Of a DNA stretch of 64,000 bases, positions 1 to 14,774 are shown one piece after another (positions within the stretch are counted from its first letter, which is position 1; the number at the start of each line of letters is the position of its first letter). The notes beneath the pieces were generated by a model. The model was given only the letters and a program-made list of their open reading frames with translations, ran no database searches and had not been told where the DNA came from. The translations under genes were made by a program, and so were the position numbers. Source of the stretch: Octopus vulgaris (lineage: Eukaryota); NCBI GenBank assembly GCA_951406725.2, contig OX597829.1, forward strand, positions 28,458,001 to 28,522,000, in the 5' to 3' direction.

Positions 1-774
1 GTTATCAGTTTTGATATCAAGTATTCACATTTTATTTTGACTGGATTAATTACACATTGAATTGTAGTGTAGTTGGCTGAGTATACCACAGATACATGCA
101 CCCTAAATATAATTACTCAAGCAGAATCGACTTGATATTATATATGACATGGCTGGTCACTTCAATTATCGTTATGGTCAAGCCAGCGCTGGGTCAACCA
201 TTAAGCAAAATAAGTACATGCTTAGGGCATCAATGGAAGGCAGGGGCAGCACAGAAATGGTAAATGGTTTATTGTAGAAAAGAAATAACCTTAACATTGC
301 TAAGATATTATTCAAACTGGATTACATAATCAGAAATATAATTTTGGAATGTTCATGGTGTGATAGTGAAGATTTGGTCAAAGACTTTGCAATTGAAATG
401 AAGGAGAAAAAATTTCAAATACAAATGAAGTGGAAGAATACAAAAATAAACCTCATTTCCCATTTTACAGTTAGTTTTGCTTCATTTTAAAAATTAAAAT
501 TTATTTTATCATTTATTATTATTTATATTTTGAATGACATGAATATGGAGGCACCAAATTCCTTTAAGTGCTTAGGATCTCTGTGGATATTAATCTGGCA
601 CTGAGTTGATTCAACAGGCTTCAACATAGTGAGATTTGATCCCAAAACTTCTGATTGTGAAATGAAATTAGTAAACTCAGTTATGCCTGTGTCCAGGTTT
701 GTACATATTTATACACATCCATACATAGATGATGGGTCAAAATGATTATAGTGGTTCTGAATAAAGTGTCTCAT

Positions 775-1302
<528 letters not shown>

Positions 1303-1319
1303 TATATATATATATATAT

Positions 1320-1401
<82 letters not shown>

Positions 1402-1443
1402 TATATATAGATGGATGGATATAATATATATATATATATATAT

Positions 1444-1474
<31 letters not shown>

Positions 1475-1555
1475 TATATATATATATATATATACATATA
1501 TAATACATATATGTATATATATACGCATACATACACATGCACACATATGCATATA
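1303..1555. repeat. (TA)n/(TAGA)n compound microsatellite
   Basis: Directly visible; explains the YIYI ORFs. Confidence 0.95.
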
Positions 1556-1559
1556 TGTA

Positions 1560-2380
1560 AAAGTTAGGCATAAGAGGAATCAGATGTGGTGTACAAGAGA
1601 GACGACTGTGTGCTGGTATGGTCATGTGATGTGTATGGACGAGGACAGCTGTGTAATGAAGTACTGATCTCTAACTCTGGAAGGAACCTGTGGTCGAGGT
1701 AGACTCAGGAAGACATGAAACAAAGTGGTGAAGCATGACCTTCGAATTTTGAACCTCACAGAAGCAATGACTAGTGACCAAGACCTTTGGTGATGTGCTT
1801 TGCTTAGGTGGGCCTGTCAAACCAAGTGCAAAAAAATCAACCTTTGAATGTTGGGCCTCACGGAGGCAAAGTGGCTGAGTGCCTCTTGAATGTTGGGCCT
1901 GATGGAGGCAAAGTGACTGAGTGCCTCTTGAATGTTGGGCCTGATGGAGGCAAAGTGGCTGAGTTCATTTTGCGTGCTAGGACCTCATGGAGGTGAGGTG
2001 GCTGAGTTCCTTTCGAATATTGGGCCACACGGAAGCAAAGCGACCGAGCTTCTTTCGGGTGTTGGGCCTCACAGAGGCAATGACTGAGTCCTTTGACATT
2101 ACATCATGCCTGAGAAGACTCATCAAGTCAAGCAAAATAACAATTGTGGCAGATACCAGTGTCACACAGATGGCACCCATACCTGTGGAACGTAGAGCAC
2201 CCATTACTTTCTTGGAGTGGTTGGTGTTAGGAAGGGCATCCAACCATAGAAAACCATGCCAAATCAGACTGGATCCTAGCAGAGCCTTCCAGAAAGCCAG
2301 CCCAGTCAAACCATCCAAATCATGCCAGAATGGATAACAGAGATTAAATGATGATAGTGGTGGTGATGATGATGATGATG
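1560..2380 (+). mobile_element. RTE LINE 3' fragment with 3' UTR and (GAT)n tail
   Basis: Translates to ..[24 protein letters not shown]..; matches 52250-52980 by eye. Confidence 0.8.
1841..2095 (+). repeat. ~39 bp minisatellite, about 6 copies
   Basis: Unit like TTGAATGTTGGGCCTGATGGAGGCAAAGTGACTGAGTGCCTC repeated. Confidence 0.9.
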
Positions 2381-2541
2381 ATATATATATATATAATTAT
2401 ATGTATACACACATGCATACATGCACATATGCATATGCACGCATACATACATATATACATTCAGACAGACATACAGTCAGACAAATATACAAACATCATC
2501 CATACAACCATACATACATGCATATATGCATAAATTCATTA

Positions 2542-2578
<37 letters not shown>

Positions 2579-3439
2579 TACATTCATAAATGCATCCATA
2601 AGTATATGCATGTAAATATATACATATATATACGTATTTATATATATATATACACACATACAATCACACACACAAGCATACATACATATATTCACAAAGA
2701 CAAACATAAACATGCACACATATGTGCACACAACAACCCATACAAATACACAGACATGTAGATATCCTGTGCGAAGGTGTCCATTCACAATATATAAATA
2801 CATAGTAACAAACATACAAACACACACACAAAAATATTCAGATATAAATACACATACCCATAAAGCACATAGACACACACAAAATACATCCTGTGAGAAG
2901 GGTTTTACTTTCCATATACATATATACACACACGTATGTATACATCCTGTAAGGAGGGCTCACTTCTCATTCATACACCGACATACAATCACATATGCAT
3001 ACACACATATCCTCTGCTCACCAAAGATGTGTATGTGTGTGTGTGTGTGTCTGTGTGTATGTTTGTGTGTGTGTGTGCAATATATAATATATAATATATA
3101 AAATATATAATATGTGTGCATGTGTGTATGTATGTATATTTGTGAGTATTTACACATACTTATATATCCTGTAATGAGGGCTTCACTCTCTCTATATACA
3201 CAGATACATCCTGTAACGTGGGAGCAGGGAGGATTCTATATTCTGTATACACATGCATATTCAGCATCTAGACTCATAAATATACAGTGCATACATTCAT
3301 AGAAACATATATTCACATATAAATACATACATACATATTTATTGCCCCAGCATGGCCACAGTATAATGACTGAAACAAGTGAAAAATAAAATATATATAC
3401 ATGTACTGTATACATGTGTGTGCATTTCATATCTGCACA

Positions 3440-3997
3440 TTTTCTGATTTTCATTCAAATCGTGTGGTACCTATTTATCAAGATTTTTTTTGATTTTCCA
3501 ATTGCATACAAATGGTTGCAGGCATTTTCTGGCTAACTTGAAGTTCTTTTGCCAATTCTCGAGTGGGTTTACATGGATTTTTCTCAATGCTGGTCTTTAA
3601 TCGACCATCATCGAGGACAGATGGTCGCCCACTATGGTCACAATCTTCAAGGCTCAATTCTCCACTGTGAAATCATTTCAACCTTTTTCGAGCAGTCCAC
3701 TCACTGGTCATTTCCTCACCAAAAGTTTTGTTAATATCGCAAGCAGTTTCAGGTGCTTTGTGTCCTTTTGTTGAATAGCAAAATTGCTTGAATATCGTAC
3801 TTTGAAAGTTCCATTTCAGATGATTGTGACAATGGTGAAAAAAATATCAATGTTAATTTATTGATACATCTGGGCAAGTCTACATCTGTATCATCAGACA
3901 ATTGTAAAAAATGTTTAAAAACAATTGAAAAGTCTGTAAAAATCCAGTACAAAATCTTCGTGGTTCAAAACGTTGCTTACTTTTTACTCAACCTGAT
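3440..3997 (-). mobile_element. mariner transposon 5' half, degenerate
   Basis: TIR-like TATCAGGTTGAGTAAAAAGTAAGCAAC; MELSKYDIQAILLF N-terminus; (W)VPHDLNENQK motif. Confidence 0.8.
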
Positions 3998-4066
3998 ATA
4001 TATTTGTATGTATGTGTGTGTGTGTGTGTGTATTATAGATACATATTATATATATGTATGTATATA

Positions 4067-4228
4067 GGCGCAGGAGTGGCTGTGTGGTAAGTAGCTTGCT
4101 AACCAACCACATGGTTCTGGGTTCAGTCCCACTGTGTGGCATCTTGGGCAAGTGTCTTCTGCTATAGCCCCGGGCCGACCAATGCCTTGTGAGTGGATTT
4201 GGTAGACGGAAACTGAAAGAAGCCTGTC

Positions 4229-4298
<70 letters not shown>

Positions 4299-4510
4299 AT
4301 ATGTTTGTGTGTCTGTGTTTGTCCCCCTAGCATTGCTTGACAACCGATGCTGGTGTGTTTACGTCCCTGTCACTTAGCGGTTCGGCAAAAGAGACCGATA
4401 GAATAAGTACTGGGCTTACAAAGAATAAGTCCTGGGGTCGATTTGCTCAACTAAAGGTGGTGCTCCAGCATGGCCGTAGTCAAATGACTGAAACAAGTAT
4501 AAAAGATAAA
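4067..4510 (+). mobile_element. tRNA-headed SINE family A (internal TA/TG microsatellite), full length
   Basis: A/B-box-like TGGCTGTGTGG / GGTTCAGTCCC, CORE-like CTTGGGCAAG; many copies in the window. Confidence 0.9.
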
Positions 4511-4512
4511 AG

Positions 4513-4545
<33 letters not shown>

Positions 4546-5097
4546 TGTATGTATGTATGTATCTATGTATGTATGTATGTATGTATGTAAATTCATAGTG
4601 TAATATATGGATTCATAGAATCATGTAGCTTTCACTGAAAGCTCCTCCAGCAGACTCAGCTATTAGACCACATAGTAAGCCAATACAGAGGAGTATTATG
4701 CAGAGTCTCCATGCAGCTGAAATCCAGATCTTGATTGTTAAAATTATTTCATGGGGTGTATATTATCCATAAAAAGTGAGGAGGTATAAGAGATGACTAC
4801 ATTTATTTAACCACTTGTCATCCTTAGGATTACGCCTGTTTCTCAGCCTTCTTCATGTGATAATAATTTCAGTGTATAATAAATTATGTTTACATGCCTG
4901 CATGAATATGCATTCAATGCGTTGCACAATACAGTTGTATATTTACAAATCAATGCAGATAAAGAAAGATAACTAATCAGATCACCAAAACATCATGGTA
5001 ACTCTAAGTATACATACAAAATTTTCTCTTTATTTACACACAAAAAGATAATGTTTTTGTATGTATTTATATGAGTGTATGTATTTTATCCTTATGC

Positions 5098-5142
<45 letters not shown>

Positions 5143-5143
<1 letters not shown>

Positions 5144-5553
5144 TTTTACTCTTTTACTTGTTTCAGTCATGTGACTGCAGCCATGCTGGAGCACCACCTT
5201 TAGTCGAGCAAATTGACTCCGGGACTTATTCTTTGTAAGCCCAGTACTTATTCTATCGGCCTCTTTTTGCCAAACCGCTAAGTGACGGGGACGTAAACAC
5301 ACGAGCATCGGTTGTCAAGCGATGGTGGGGGGGACAAACACAGACACACAAACATACACACACACATACATATATATATCTACATATATACAACAGGCTT
5401 CTTTCAGTTTCCGTCTACCAAATCCACTCCCAAGGCATTGGTCGGCCCGAGGCTATAGCAGAAGACACTTGCCCAAGATGCCACACAGTGGGACTGAACC
5501 TGGAACCATGTGGTTGGTAAGTGAGCTACTTACCACACAGCCACTCCTGCGCC
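5143..5553 (-). mobile_element. SINE family A copy
   Basis: Reverse complement of 4067-4510. Confidence 0.9.
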
Positions 5554-6299
5554 TATATATATATACACACACACACATACATGTTTTTGCATATACTAAT
5601 GTTTGTTTCTGTGTGGGTATAAGATTATACAACTGTGCACGTGTGGTTGTGCATTTTTTAGTATGTTAATGCTTATATGCATGTGAAAGGAGTTTGAGAC
5701 AAATTCAGGATGGATTCTAGATACTAGGCCTCTATTGGTCAGCTCAAGTCATGTGGTGTTAATGCAGTGGAAGTGACTCCAGCTCTTTCCTTTACTCTTA
5801 GGCTCACTTGTTCAGACAGAAAGTCAGCAGGGAGCTGTTGCCTTTTTGGTGCATAGTGTTTAGTATTATCAGTTCATAGCATTGGGTAACACACAGTGTA
5901 TAGGAAAGTGTTGGTGCAGGTTAGTAGCCTAGCCATTGTCAGTGAAGTTTTAACATATTAATGGCAGTAATCTTTGTGTGGGAGTAAACAGAGTTGATGG
6001 TGTTAAGTTAAAATTGGGGCTGGAAGATTAACATGGGTGGAGCTGAAGTCTATACAAGAGGCAGGAATTGAATAATCTGCCCTTGTGTGTGTGTGCGTGG
6101 GGGGGTAACTGGGTCCAGGGTGTTATATCAGGATTGTCAACTGGTAGTGTCCTGAACTTCATGGACAATCATACATCAGTATGACTTCCCAACATCAAAT
6201 GGTATATAACTGACAGGTCCCCTGCCTCACTCATTTGAAACTCATAATTGCCAATTCTCTCCCTGCAAGAGTCTACACATTTTATCAATCTGCAGTATC

Positions 6300-7190
6300 C
6301 ATCAACAGGAAGAATGAACTATCTTATTGTTGCCACCTGCAGAAAATCTCGTCTTTGTAGTTCAAGTAGGTATCCAGGTGGAGAGAGTTTATTTTAAAAT
6401 AATTCTTTTCTCAGCTAGGCATAGACTACACTTTCTGTTACTATTAAAGTAAGGCTTGCACTTCTCCAGAACCCTCCATTTGATGTGACTTGATATTGAA
6501 TATCTCTCCTGATATCAAAGGCAAACTTGTGGTTGTTAAACTTGATTCTGTGATGGCCTTCTATTGTGTCCACATACTTCCACACATTTGACTTTTGGTT
6601 GGGATCATTTCATGTCACCTCTGCCCAATATATACCTGACTCTGTGTTACAGAGTCATTAAGGGAACATGTGGTGTAGACTCTGCATAAGCATCTGTTTC
6701 AGGTGTGGGCTTACTTATTAATGTATTTTTTTATATTGAGTGCATAGCTAAAAGAAACTTTTAATGTGTGCCTATTAAAAACTTTACCCTTTTTACTCTT
6801 TTTACCTAGTTTACACTAAACTAAGAAAGATCTTATCCATACGTTTTTTACACTTTGGGAAAAGTGAGGCATGAACCACATCATCTTCTGGTGGTGTTTT
6901 CTCTGGGCAGGCTGTAACTAATTCAATCTTTAAAACTGCTGGCAACCAAAGCCTTATTGTAGTGTGAGGCAGAGGCATTGAAAATCTCTATACTTGAAGA
7001 CTGGTTGGAGATTCTTCAGCTGACATCCTTCACTAGGTTTCTAAACAGTATGGTTGGATGACAGGAAGTTGTGTTAATATATGCCAGTCTCTCATTTGGC
7101 TTCCTGAAGTGCCTATAGGCATCAGATTCCAAGTCTAAGGTCACATCTAGGAAATCAACCGCTTTCATGTTGGTTTTTAATGTAGCCTTT
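6300..7190 (-). mobile_element. Penelope-like element RT-thumb plus GIY-YIG remnant
   Basis: TNMKAVDFLDVTLDL..FRKPNERLAYINTTSCHP..YNKAL..WFMPHFS, then KYVDTIEG..FNNHKFAF, with stops and frameshifts. Confidence 0.75.
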
Positions 7191-7672
7191 GGTGAGCTGC
7201 TAAGTTATGACATAAAAATTGACGTAACATTAACAAAATCTATGACACTAATACACAGAAACTCTCAAACACATACACTCACATAAATGGGTTTGTGAGT
7301 CTGCCTGTGTGTGTGAGTGAGAGAGAGAGTATGTCTTGTGTGTATGTGCATGTGTGTGTGTATATATATATACACACACACATTTGTTTTTCTGTAAATT
7401 TCAACTATATATATATAACTGTACCAAGTGATGATGTTCCATCCAAAAACCTTTGGAGCCACTAGCAGAGAAAAGGAAGAAGTCAAATGACAGGAAAGAA
7501 AAGCTCGACAAAATCAACCTTATCCTACACCAACATTACTATGCAATAAATACCATTGTCTCTTCTATACAAGAATTGGTCTACAGGGTCATCAATGCCA
7601 TCACCATAAAGGAAGAATTTCAGTAAAGAGAAACTAAATTCTTGGATACAAGATAAAGCCACTGCTGATATA

Positions 7673-8566
7673 TTGAGTCATACCATAAATAATGCGGTTT
7701 TCTTAATTGCATGAACTAAAAGTTGGAGGGGACAGGATAAACTACTTGCATCAACTTGCTATACAAACAGGTAGTAATTTTACCTTGTACTTATTCTTGG
7801 TGCAAGTTTTGAAGAGTGCAGTTCGATTTTAACAGTTATTTTTTCAAAACTATAATGGAAGTGACAAAGGAGCATAGTCAGCATATTTTGCTTTATGAGT
7901 TCAATAAAGGTGACAACACAACAGAAAGTGTGAGGAATATTAATGCAGTACATGAGGATTGGACAATATGTGTAAGTCAGTGTCAACAGTGGTTCCAGAA
8001 ATTCTGAGCCAGAAACTACAGCCTGGAAGAAGAACCTCATCCTGGAAGATCTGTAGGGCTCAATGAGGATGTCCTGCAAACCTTAATTGAACAAAATCCC
8101 ATCGTAACTGTTGAAGAAATAGCAGAGAAGCTTGGATTTGGTCATTTAACCATTCATCAACACCTGTGCTAGAAGAAAAACGACCATCTTTAGTTTCAAG
8201 ATGAAAGGTGTTCTTCCATGAGGATACTGCTTGGCCACTGGAGCAGTTTGAATGGGAAACAATTCCCTACCCACCATATTCGCCAGACATTGCCCCATCT
8301 GATTATCATTCATTCTGCAGTCTTCAAAATAATTTAGACGGAAAAAATATGAATTCTGTAGATGAGGTCAGAACGGTACTAGAGGAGTATTTTTCGTTGG
8401 ACAAGTGAATTTTGTAAGTTGGGCCTTACAAGTCTACTAGATAAATGGAAGAGCATTGTAGAAAACGAAGCAGAGTATATTTTAGATTAAAAAAGAACTT
8501 TGTTTATCCTAATTTTGGAAAATAAAAGAAGCATAAAAAAACTGCGTTAGTTATGGGATGACCCAA
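7673..8566 (+). mobile_element. mariner transposon, internally deleted, both TIRs present
   Basis: TIRs TTGAGTCATACCATAA / TTATGGGATGACCCAA flanked by TA; HILLYEF..WFQKF HTH and PPYSPDIAPSDYH motif. Confidence 0.92.
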
Positions 8567-8849
8567 TATATATACATATATGTGCACACAAACACACACA
8601 TGCGCGCGCGCGCGCACACACACACACACACACACGCAATCTTTCTACAGTACTTATCATATATAAATTTGCTACTTAAGTTTCATGGCAAGGTAGTTAT
8701 TTGCAATGTAACAGAATATTAATTTGCTTGCTTATTATTTCAGCGGGCAAAACAAAACTCCAATACTGGCCAGGGGCCATAACTCTTATTTAGTATATTA
8801 GTCAAATTATGTTCCTTAGATTGGCAGCACATTTTCATTCTTTTATTCT

Positions 8850-9140
8850 TATACTTTGACTGTGGCTATGCTGAAAAGCACCGCCTTTAGTTGAGCAAAC
8901 CGACCCCAGGACTTATTCCCTGTAAGCCTAGTACTTATTCTATCTGTCTGTTTTGCCCAACCGCTGAGTTACGAGGACGTAAACACACCAGCATCGGTTG
9001 TCAAGCGATGTTAGGGGCACAAACACAAACACAAATACACATATACGGCGGAATTCTTTCAGTTTCCGTCTACCAAATCCACAAGGCTTTGATTGGGACA
9101 AGGCTATAGTAGAAGACATTTGCCCAAGGTGCCATGCAGC
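8850..9140 (-). mobile_element. SINE family A copy, 5' truncated
   Basis: Similarity to 4067-4510. Confidence 0.85.
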
Positions 9141-11639
9141 GTGCTTATAAAATATAACTCTGATTCTGAAGTGGTTGGTCAGTTTTTGCATTGCAATCTT
9201 GCATATATGTATTCACCAAGACATATTCTCAGTATCATGATGAGATCTACATTTTGAAGCCAACATAAGGTTTATAGATGTATATTACTCGCGTTTAGTG
9301 ACTAGGTGAGGTTGGAGTACAATATCATTTTCTTGATATGTGGATGATTGTGTTTTTGTGTTGTTTAAGGTAACAAGATTGCTTGTAAGGTCTCTGGTCA
9401 TGGGATCAGTGCAAATTTTCTGTGAGGTATCTAAATTGTCCTGAAAAAGACATTTAACTGTATGCAGATAACTAAGGTAGCTCACAGAAAACCTGAACTG
9501 ACTCCATCCAGTTATGAGCTTCCAGCTCAGGAGTTCAAGAATTGTAGTGAGTATGAAGTTACACCTTTGTTTCCACTACTTTCAGGTCAACTAAAAACAG
9601 ATGGAACAGTATCTGTCAAGGCCCCAAGTTATGTGTCAAATAGCAGTATATGGCCCTGTAGCTAAAGGATTTAAACCATGAAGGAGATTTAGTCCCAGAA
9701 CATGTGTCACATAAGTTCATTGGTATGTGGATATGACCTGAGGTCATGTAAAACAGCCTCCTTGCCTAAACGTTAAATAAGCCCCATGCTTCAAGGGTAA
9801 GCTCAAAACAACAGGGGACTAGCAGAGTAAACTGTAAATAAATGAGCAGAAAACAACAGGAAACTACTTCTGTGTCTTTTCCAAGAAAATCATGATTTTT
9901 CAAATCCATGATTGTTGATGCCTGTAGATACAGCACATGAAGAGACAGAGAAAAAGAGAGAGAGGGGGGAGAAAGAGGACTAGAAAGTGGGGAGAGAAAG
10001 GATGAGAGAGGATGAAATTAACCCTTTCGTTACTATATTTATTTTGAGATGCTCTGTGTTTCTTTCAATTACTAGGAACATAAATTGTGACTAAGGTTTG
10101 GTGGAAGATTTTAATTCAGAACCAGAGCCAGTTTCAGCCGGGTTGGTAGAAGGTTAAACAACAACAAAAAATAAATAAAGGGTAGTTTATCATCTGCATA
10201 TGAGTGGATATTGTTGTCGGTGATAGCAAATAGATTGTTGAAATATATAAGAAGTGTGTGGGTCAACAAACTAAACCTTAAGATTGCCATAGTTGATAGT
10301 ATGAATCAGAGAGAAAGACAGAGAGGAGGGAAGAAAGGGGGAGGAGGAAGAAAGAGAGATGGGGAAAGAGAGAGAGGAAAGAAAGAGAAATGTTGACGAG
10401 TTTGATGAGGATAGGTGCAAGCTTTGGATGTGGGGAAACACATTATATGAGGGTAATTGAAAGGACATTGATGGAACTAGCTGGCTTGTTGGTTTGAAGA
10501 GACCATTTAAAATAAGTACTTGTGTACTAAGGGTGTTGTTGTACCCTGTCTATGAATGTAGGAGTCAATGTCTTATTAGGCACTGAAACAACTCCTCCCA
10601 CTGTAACACAAAAGCTCCTCCCACTGTGACATCAACGCTGCCTTTGGCCACTCATTGATGTAGGCAACAAAACTCTAGCAGAGCAGCAGATATTGTGTCA
10701 GATGTTGTGACTCTGGGCCAAATGTTTCTACCATCCTCAAAACTTGCTCTTGTTGCACAACTCATCCTCTCTCTTGAGCCAAATGCAGTAGCTTGCTTTC
10801 TCAGTGGTTTCCAACAATTTTCAGGCAACATTTCTCTCTTTCACAGCTAGTTCAAAACTCCTGAATGTTGAGTGAACTCTGGTTCCAACAAATCCTCTGA
10901 CATTTATGTGTATACAGCTATGACCCAGGAGGAGTGAGAAGGGGTAATTTTCAAGATGATGTAATTTCGTTTGTTCAATGTGAAGTCAAGTAGAAAGCAG
11001 GAAGTAAATATGGAGATTTTCTGCTGGGAAGTATGGTTTATAGAGCCTTCATCAGTGAGAAATAAACAGAAGGAAGATTCCAAACATTTGGTAGATGCCC
11101 TCCTTTTAGCAAGGGACTAAAAAGCTCATCTGTATATTTGAGATGCAGAAGAACTGTGGACTGTGAGTTATATAGAGGAAAACTTCTGGTTTTGGATGGT
11201 GGTTTTGTTGGAAATACAGTGCTGGGCAAAAGATGTCCAGTTTGTCAGGGTGGGTGGACTTTTCCAAGTGTCGTTGGGGGAACTAAGGTATGAGGTTTGG
11301 TTGTATAATATGTGGAGAGACATGTTTAAGTTGATAAGCTTAAACACTGCCAGGAATTGTGTGTGTATGTGTGTATGAGTGTGTGTGTGTGCATGTGTGT
11401 GTGTTTGTGTGTTAGCACATGTGTGTGTATTTGAGATGCAAAAGAGCTTGTGGACTGTGAGATATACAGAAGAAACCTTCAGGATTTGGATGATGGTGTG
11501 TCTGTGTGTGTGTTTGTGTGTGTGTATGTGTGTGTGTGTGCGAGTGTGTTTGTGTATGTGCATGTGCTTGTGTGTGTGTGTGTGTGTGTGTTTCATGCCT
11601 CTGGTCCTCATGCCATAGAATATTGGCAAACTTCTTCCT

Positions 11640-12022
11640 GTCTGCTTTTCCCCTGTGGCACATAAAAAGCACCATTCAAGCGTGATTGTTACCAGCGTCA
11701 CCTTATTGTCACATGAAACAACATTTGAGTGATGTCGTTGCCAGTTCCGCTGGACTGGCTCCTGTGCAGGTGGCACGTAAAAAACACCATTCGAGCATGG
11801 CCTTTGCCAGTACCGCCTGACTGGCCTTTGTGCCGGTGGCATGTAAGAGCACGCACTACACTCTCGGAGAAGTTAGTGTTAGGAAGGGCATCCAGCTGCA
11901 GAAACTCTGCCAGATCAAGATTGGAGCCTGGTGCAGCCATCTGGTTCACCAGTCCTCAGTCAAATCGTCCAACCCATGCTAGCATTGAAAGCAGACATTA
12001 AACGATGATGATGATGATGATG
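11640..12022 (+). mobile_element. RTE 3' UTR fragment with (GAT)n tail
   Basis: GTTAGGAAGGGCATCCAGC..CAACCCATGCTAGCAT..GATGATGAT, as at 52830-52980. Confidence 0.85.
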
Positions 12023-12439
12023 CCTAGCCTCATTCTGGCTACATAGTATAGTTCTGTAGAACCACCATCCTTCAAGTCCTTCAATGCTTGTTTCTTTGCT
12101 CTTATAGCTGCCTACTTCACTGTTCCACCACTATGTCACCCTAGCACTGGCTGGAACTTTGCATCAGTCACAAATTTGATGCATAGCTCTTAGGAGGCTA
12201 TCCTGAAGGAACTTACCTTTGTCTTCTATGTTATCTCTGTCTATCTATCTGTTAGTCTCTCTGTCTCTCTCTCACTCACTCCTTCAGTATATAAAGGTAT
12301 ATAGACAGATAGATTGATAAATGGGAAGAGAGACAGAGAGACTATGAAAGAATAGATAATAGATATGTATGTATTAATTTCTCTGCTTCAGAGCATTCTC
12401 TGTTGAAACTTATTAATTCAGTGAAACAAAAATTCACCA

Positions 12440-12605
12440 ACACAACAGCAGCAGCAATACCAGCACCAGCACCAGCACCAGCACCAGCACCACCAGTAGC
12501 AGCAGCAGCAGCACCACCACCACCACCACCACGACGGCGACGACGACGACGACCACCACCACCACCACTACCACCACCTACACCTACAACAACAGCACTG
12601 CTGCC
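12440..12605. repeat. CAG/CAC/CGA trinucleotide low-complexity tract
   Basis: Directly visible. Confidence 0.9.
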
Positions 12606-12699
12606 ACTGAAAGTTTTAGATTGAACTTATTCCCAGCTGCTAATCTTCCTCTTCCTCCCTCCATGGAAAACACACACACATACATAAACACATATGCAG

Positions 12700-12795
<96 letters not shown>

Positions 12796-13354
12796 CATAT
12801 GTATGTGTATATATAAATGTGTGTGTGTGTGTGTGTATGTTCCATATTTGTGGTTGGATTGAGTTGGTTGCAAAAATGAAATAGAAAAAAAAAACAGGAA
12901 AAGAAAAAGAAAAAAAAAGCCACACTTTTTGAATTTGCACTAACTTGTATTCCTGGGTTGTTGGAATAAATAACAGAAGATTTTTACCTCTGTTTTAGCT
13001 GGAGAAATCAGGTGCTAAGATTCGGGTAGAAATAAAAAAAAATACAAAAGAAAAACATGGAAAGAGAAAAAGAAATTAGGAGGGAACGAGAGGTAAAGAG
13101 AGAGAGAGAGAGAGTGATGGGAGAAGGAGGAGACATGATTTCGCCACCAAAGATTATTTAGATATAGGAAGAATCAGAAGACTTGATAGAATGAGTTAGA
13201 GATAGCGTGTTTTGATACCTTAACCCTGATGTACACCAGATGAGATGCTTTCTGCTTCACCGACTGACGATATGGCAAAGTTGCAAATTTTGATAAGATT
13301 CTTGATTGGCAGGAAGGGTGAGGTCAGCCTCTGCTAGATACTCTAAACAGGTAG

Positions 13355-13672
13355 TGATTGGATGGTAGTGTAATGGTGGTAGTGGCGACAGTGGTGGTGT
13401 TGCCGGTGGTTGTGATGATGGTGATGATGGCGATGGTGGTGGTGGTGGTGGTGGTGATGATGGTGGTAATGGAAGGGATTGTGGTTGTTGTTGTTGTTGT
13501 TGTTGCTATTGTTGTGGTGTTGGTGGGGGGTGTTTTTGGCAGTTGGTGGTAAGGGCAGCAACATTAGTGGTGGTAGTGGTGGTGGTGGTGCTTGTGATGA
13601 TGGTAGTGGTAGTGGCATTGGTGATGATAAGGCTGATGGTAGTGATGGTGGTGGTGGTGATAGGGGTGATGG

Positions 13673-13704
<32 letters not shown>

Positions 13705-14480
13705 TTGTTGTTGCTGTTGTTGTTGGCAGTGGTGGTGGTAGTGGTACTTGTAGTGGTAATGGTGTTGGTGTGATAGTGGTGGTAGTGGTACTTGTAGTGG
13801 TAATGGTGTTGGTGTGATAGTGGTGGTGGTGGTGGTGGTAGTGGTGGTGGTGGTGCTTGTGGGGGGGGGGGGGGCAGTGTTGGTGGTAATGATGGCCATG
13901 GTTATTATAGCGGTGGTGGTGGTGAGGGGGCGATGTTACTGGTGGTGGTTGATGGTTTTGGTGATAGTTGTAGAGGTGGTGAAGGTGTTGGCTGTATTGT
14001 GGTGATGGTAATGATGGTGATGATGGTGATGATACTGGTTGTGATGATGATATGGTGGCAGGGGACAATAGTGGTGGTGGATGAATAGTGGACAGTGGTC
14101 AAATTTGTATTAGTAATGGTGGTGGTGGTGGTGGTGGTGGTGGTGGTGGTGGTTGTGGCAGTGGAGGTGGTGGTTGTGGTGGTGGCTGCGGCGGAGGTGA
14201 TAGTAGTTGTGACTGTAGTTGCAGCGGTTATTGTATTTTGTAGTGGTTGTAGAAGTTGCTATAGAAGTAGTACTTCTTGTTAACCAATGTAATGACAGTA
14301 ATAATAGCGATTTTGGTGGTGATGGTCATAAAGATTAGGGTTGTGATGTAACTGTGATGGTGGAGGTGGTGGCTGTGGTGTTGGTTGTGGTGGTAATTGT
14401 TGAAATATGTGGTGATAGCAATCATAGTGATGTTTGTGTTGATGGTATTGTTTGTATCGTTATTGTTGTTGTTGTTGCTT
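13355..14480. repeat. long degenerate GGT/GAT/GTT trinucleotide tract
   Basis: Directly visible; source of the poly-V/H/T/P ORFs. Confidence 0.92.
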
Positions 14481-14540
14481 AATGCTAGGTTGACCCTGAT
14501 CAAGTGGACCTGTAAGCTAAAGCATTCACACTGTATCCAA

Positions 14541-14743
14541 CTCTTTTACTTGTTTCAGTCATTTTGACTGTGGCCATGCTGGAGCACCGCCTTTAGTCGA
14601 GCAAATTAACCCCCAGAGATTATTCTTTGTAAACCTAGTACTTATTCTAGTGGCTCTTTTGCCGAGCCGCTAAGTTACGGGGACGTAAACACACCAGCAT
14701 TGGTTGTCAGGCGATGTTGGGGGGACAAATACAGACACACATA

Positions 14744-14774
<31 letters not shown>

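Noticed and set aside
1841-2095. CRISPR-like periodicity
   Set aside because: No unique spacers, no cas genes, eukaryotic context; units derive from the LINE.
4067-4140. tRNA gene
   Set aside because: A/B boxes belong to SINE heads; no complete cloverleaf.
4610-4720. Signal-peptide-like minus frame (AWRLCIILLCIGLLCGLIAESAG)
   Set aside because: Ends in a stop within ~12 codons, with no start or donor support.
11005-11060. CTGATGAAGGC on the minus strand after a very decayed PLE-like segment
   Set aside because: Helices I and III could not be formed; too degraded to support.
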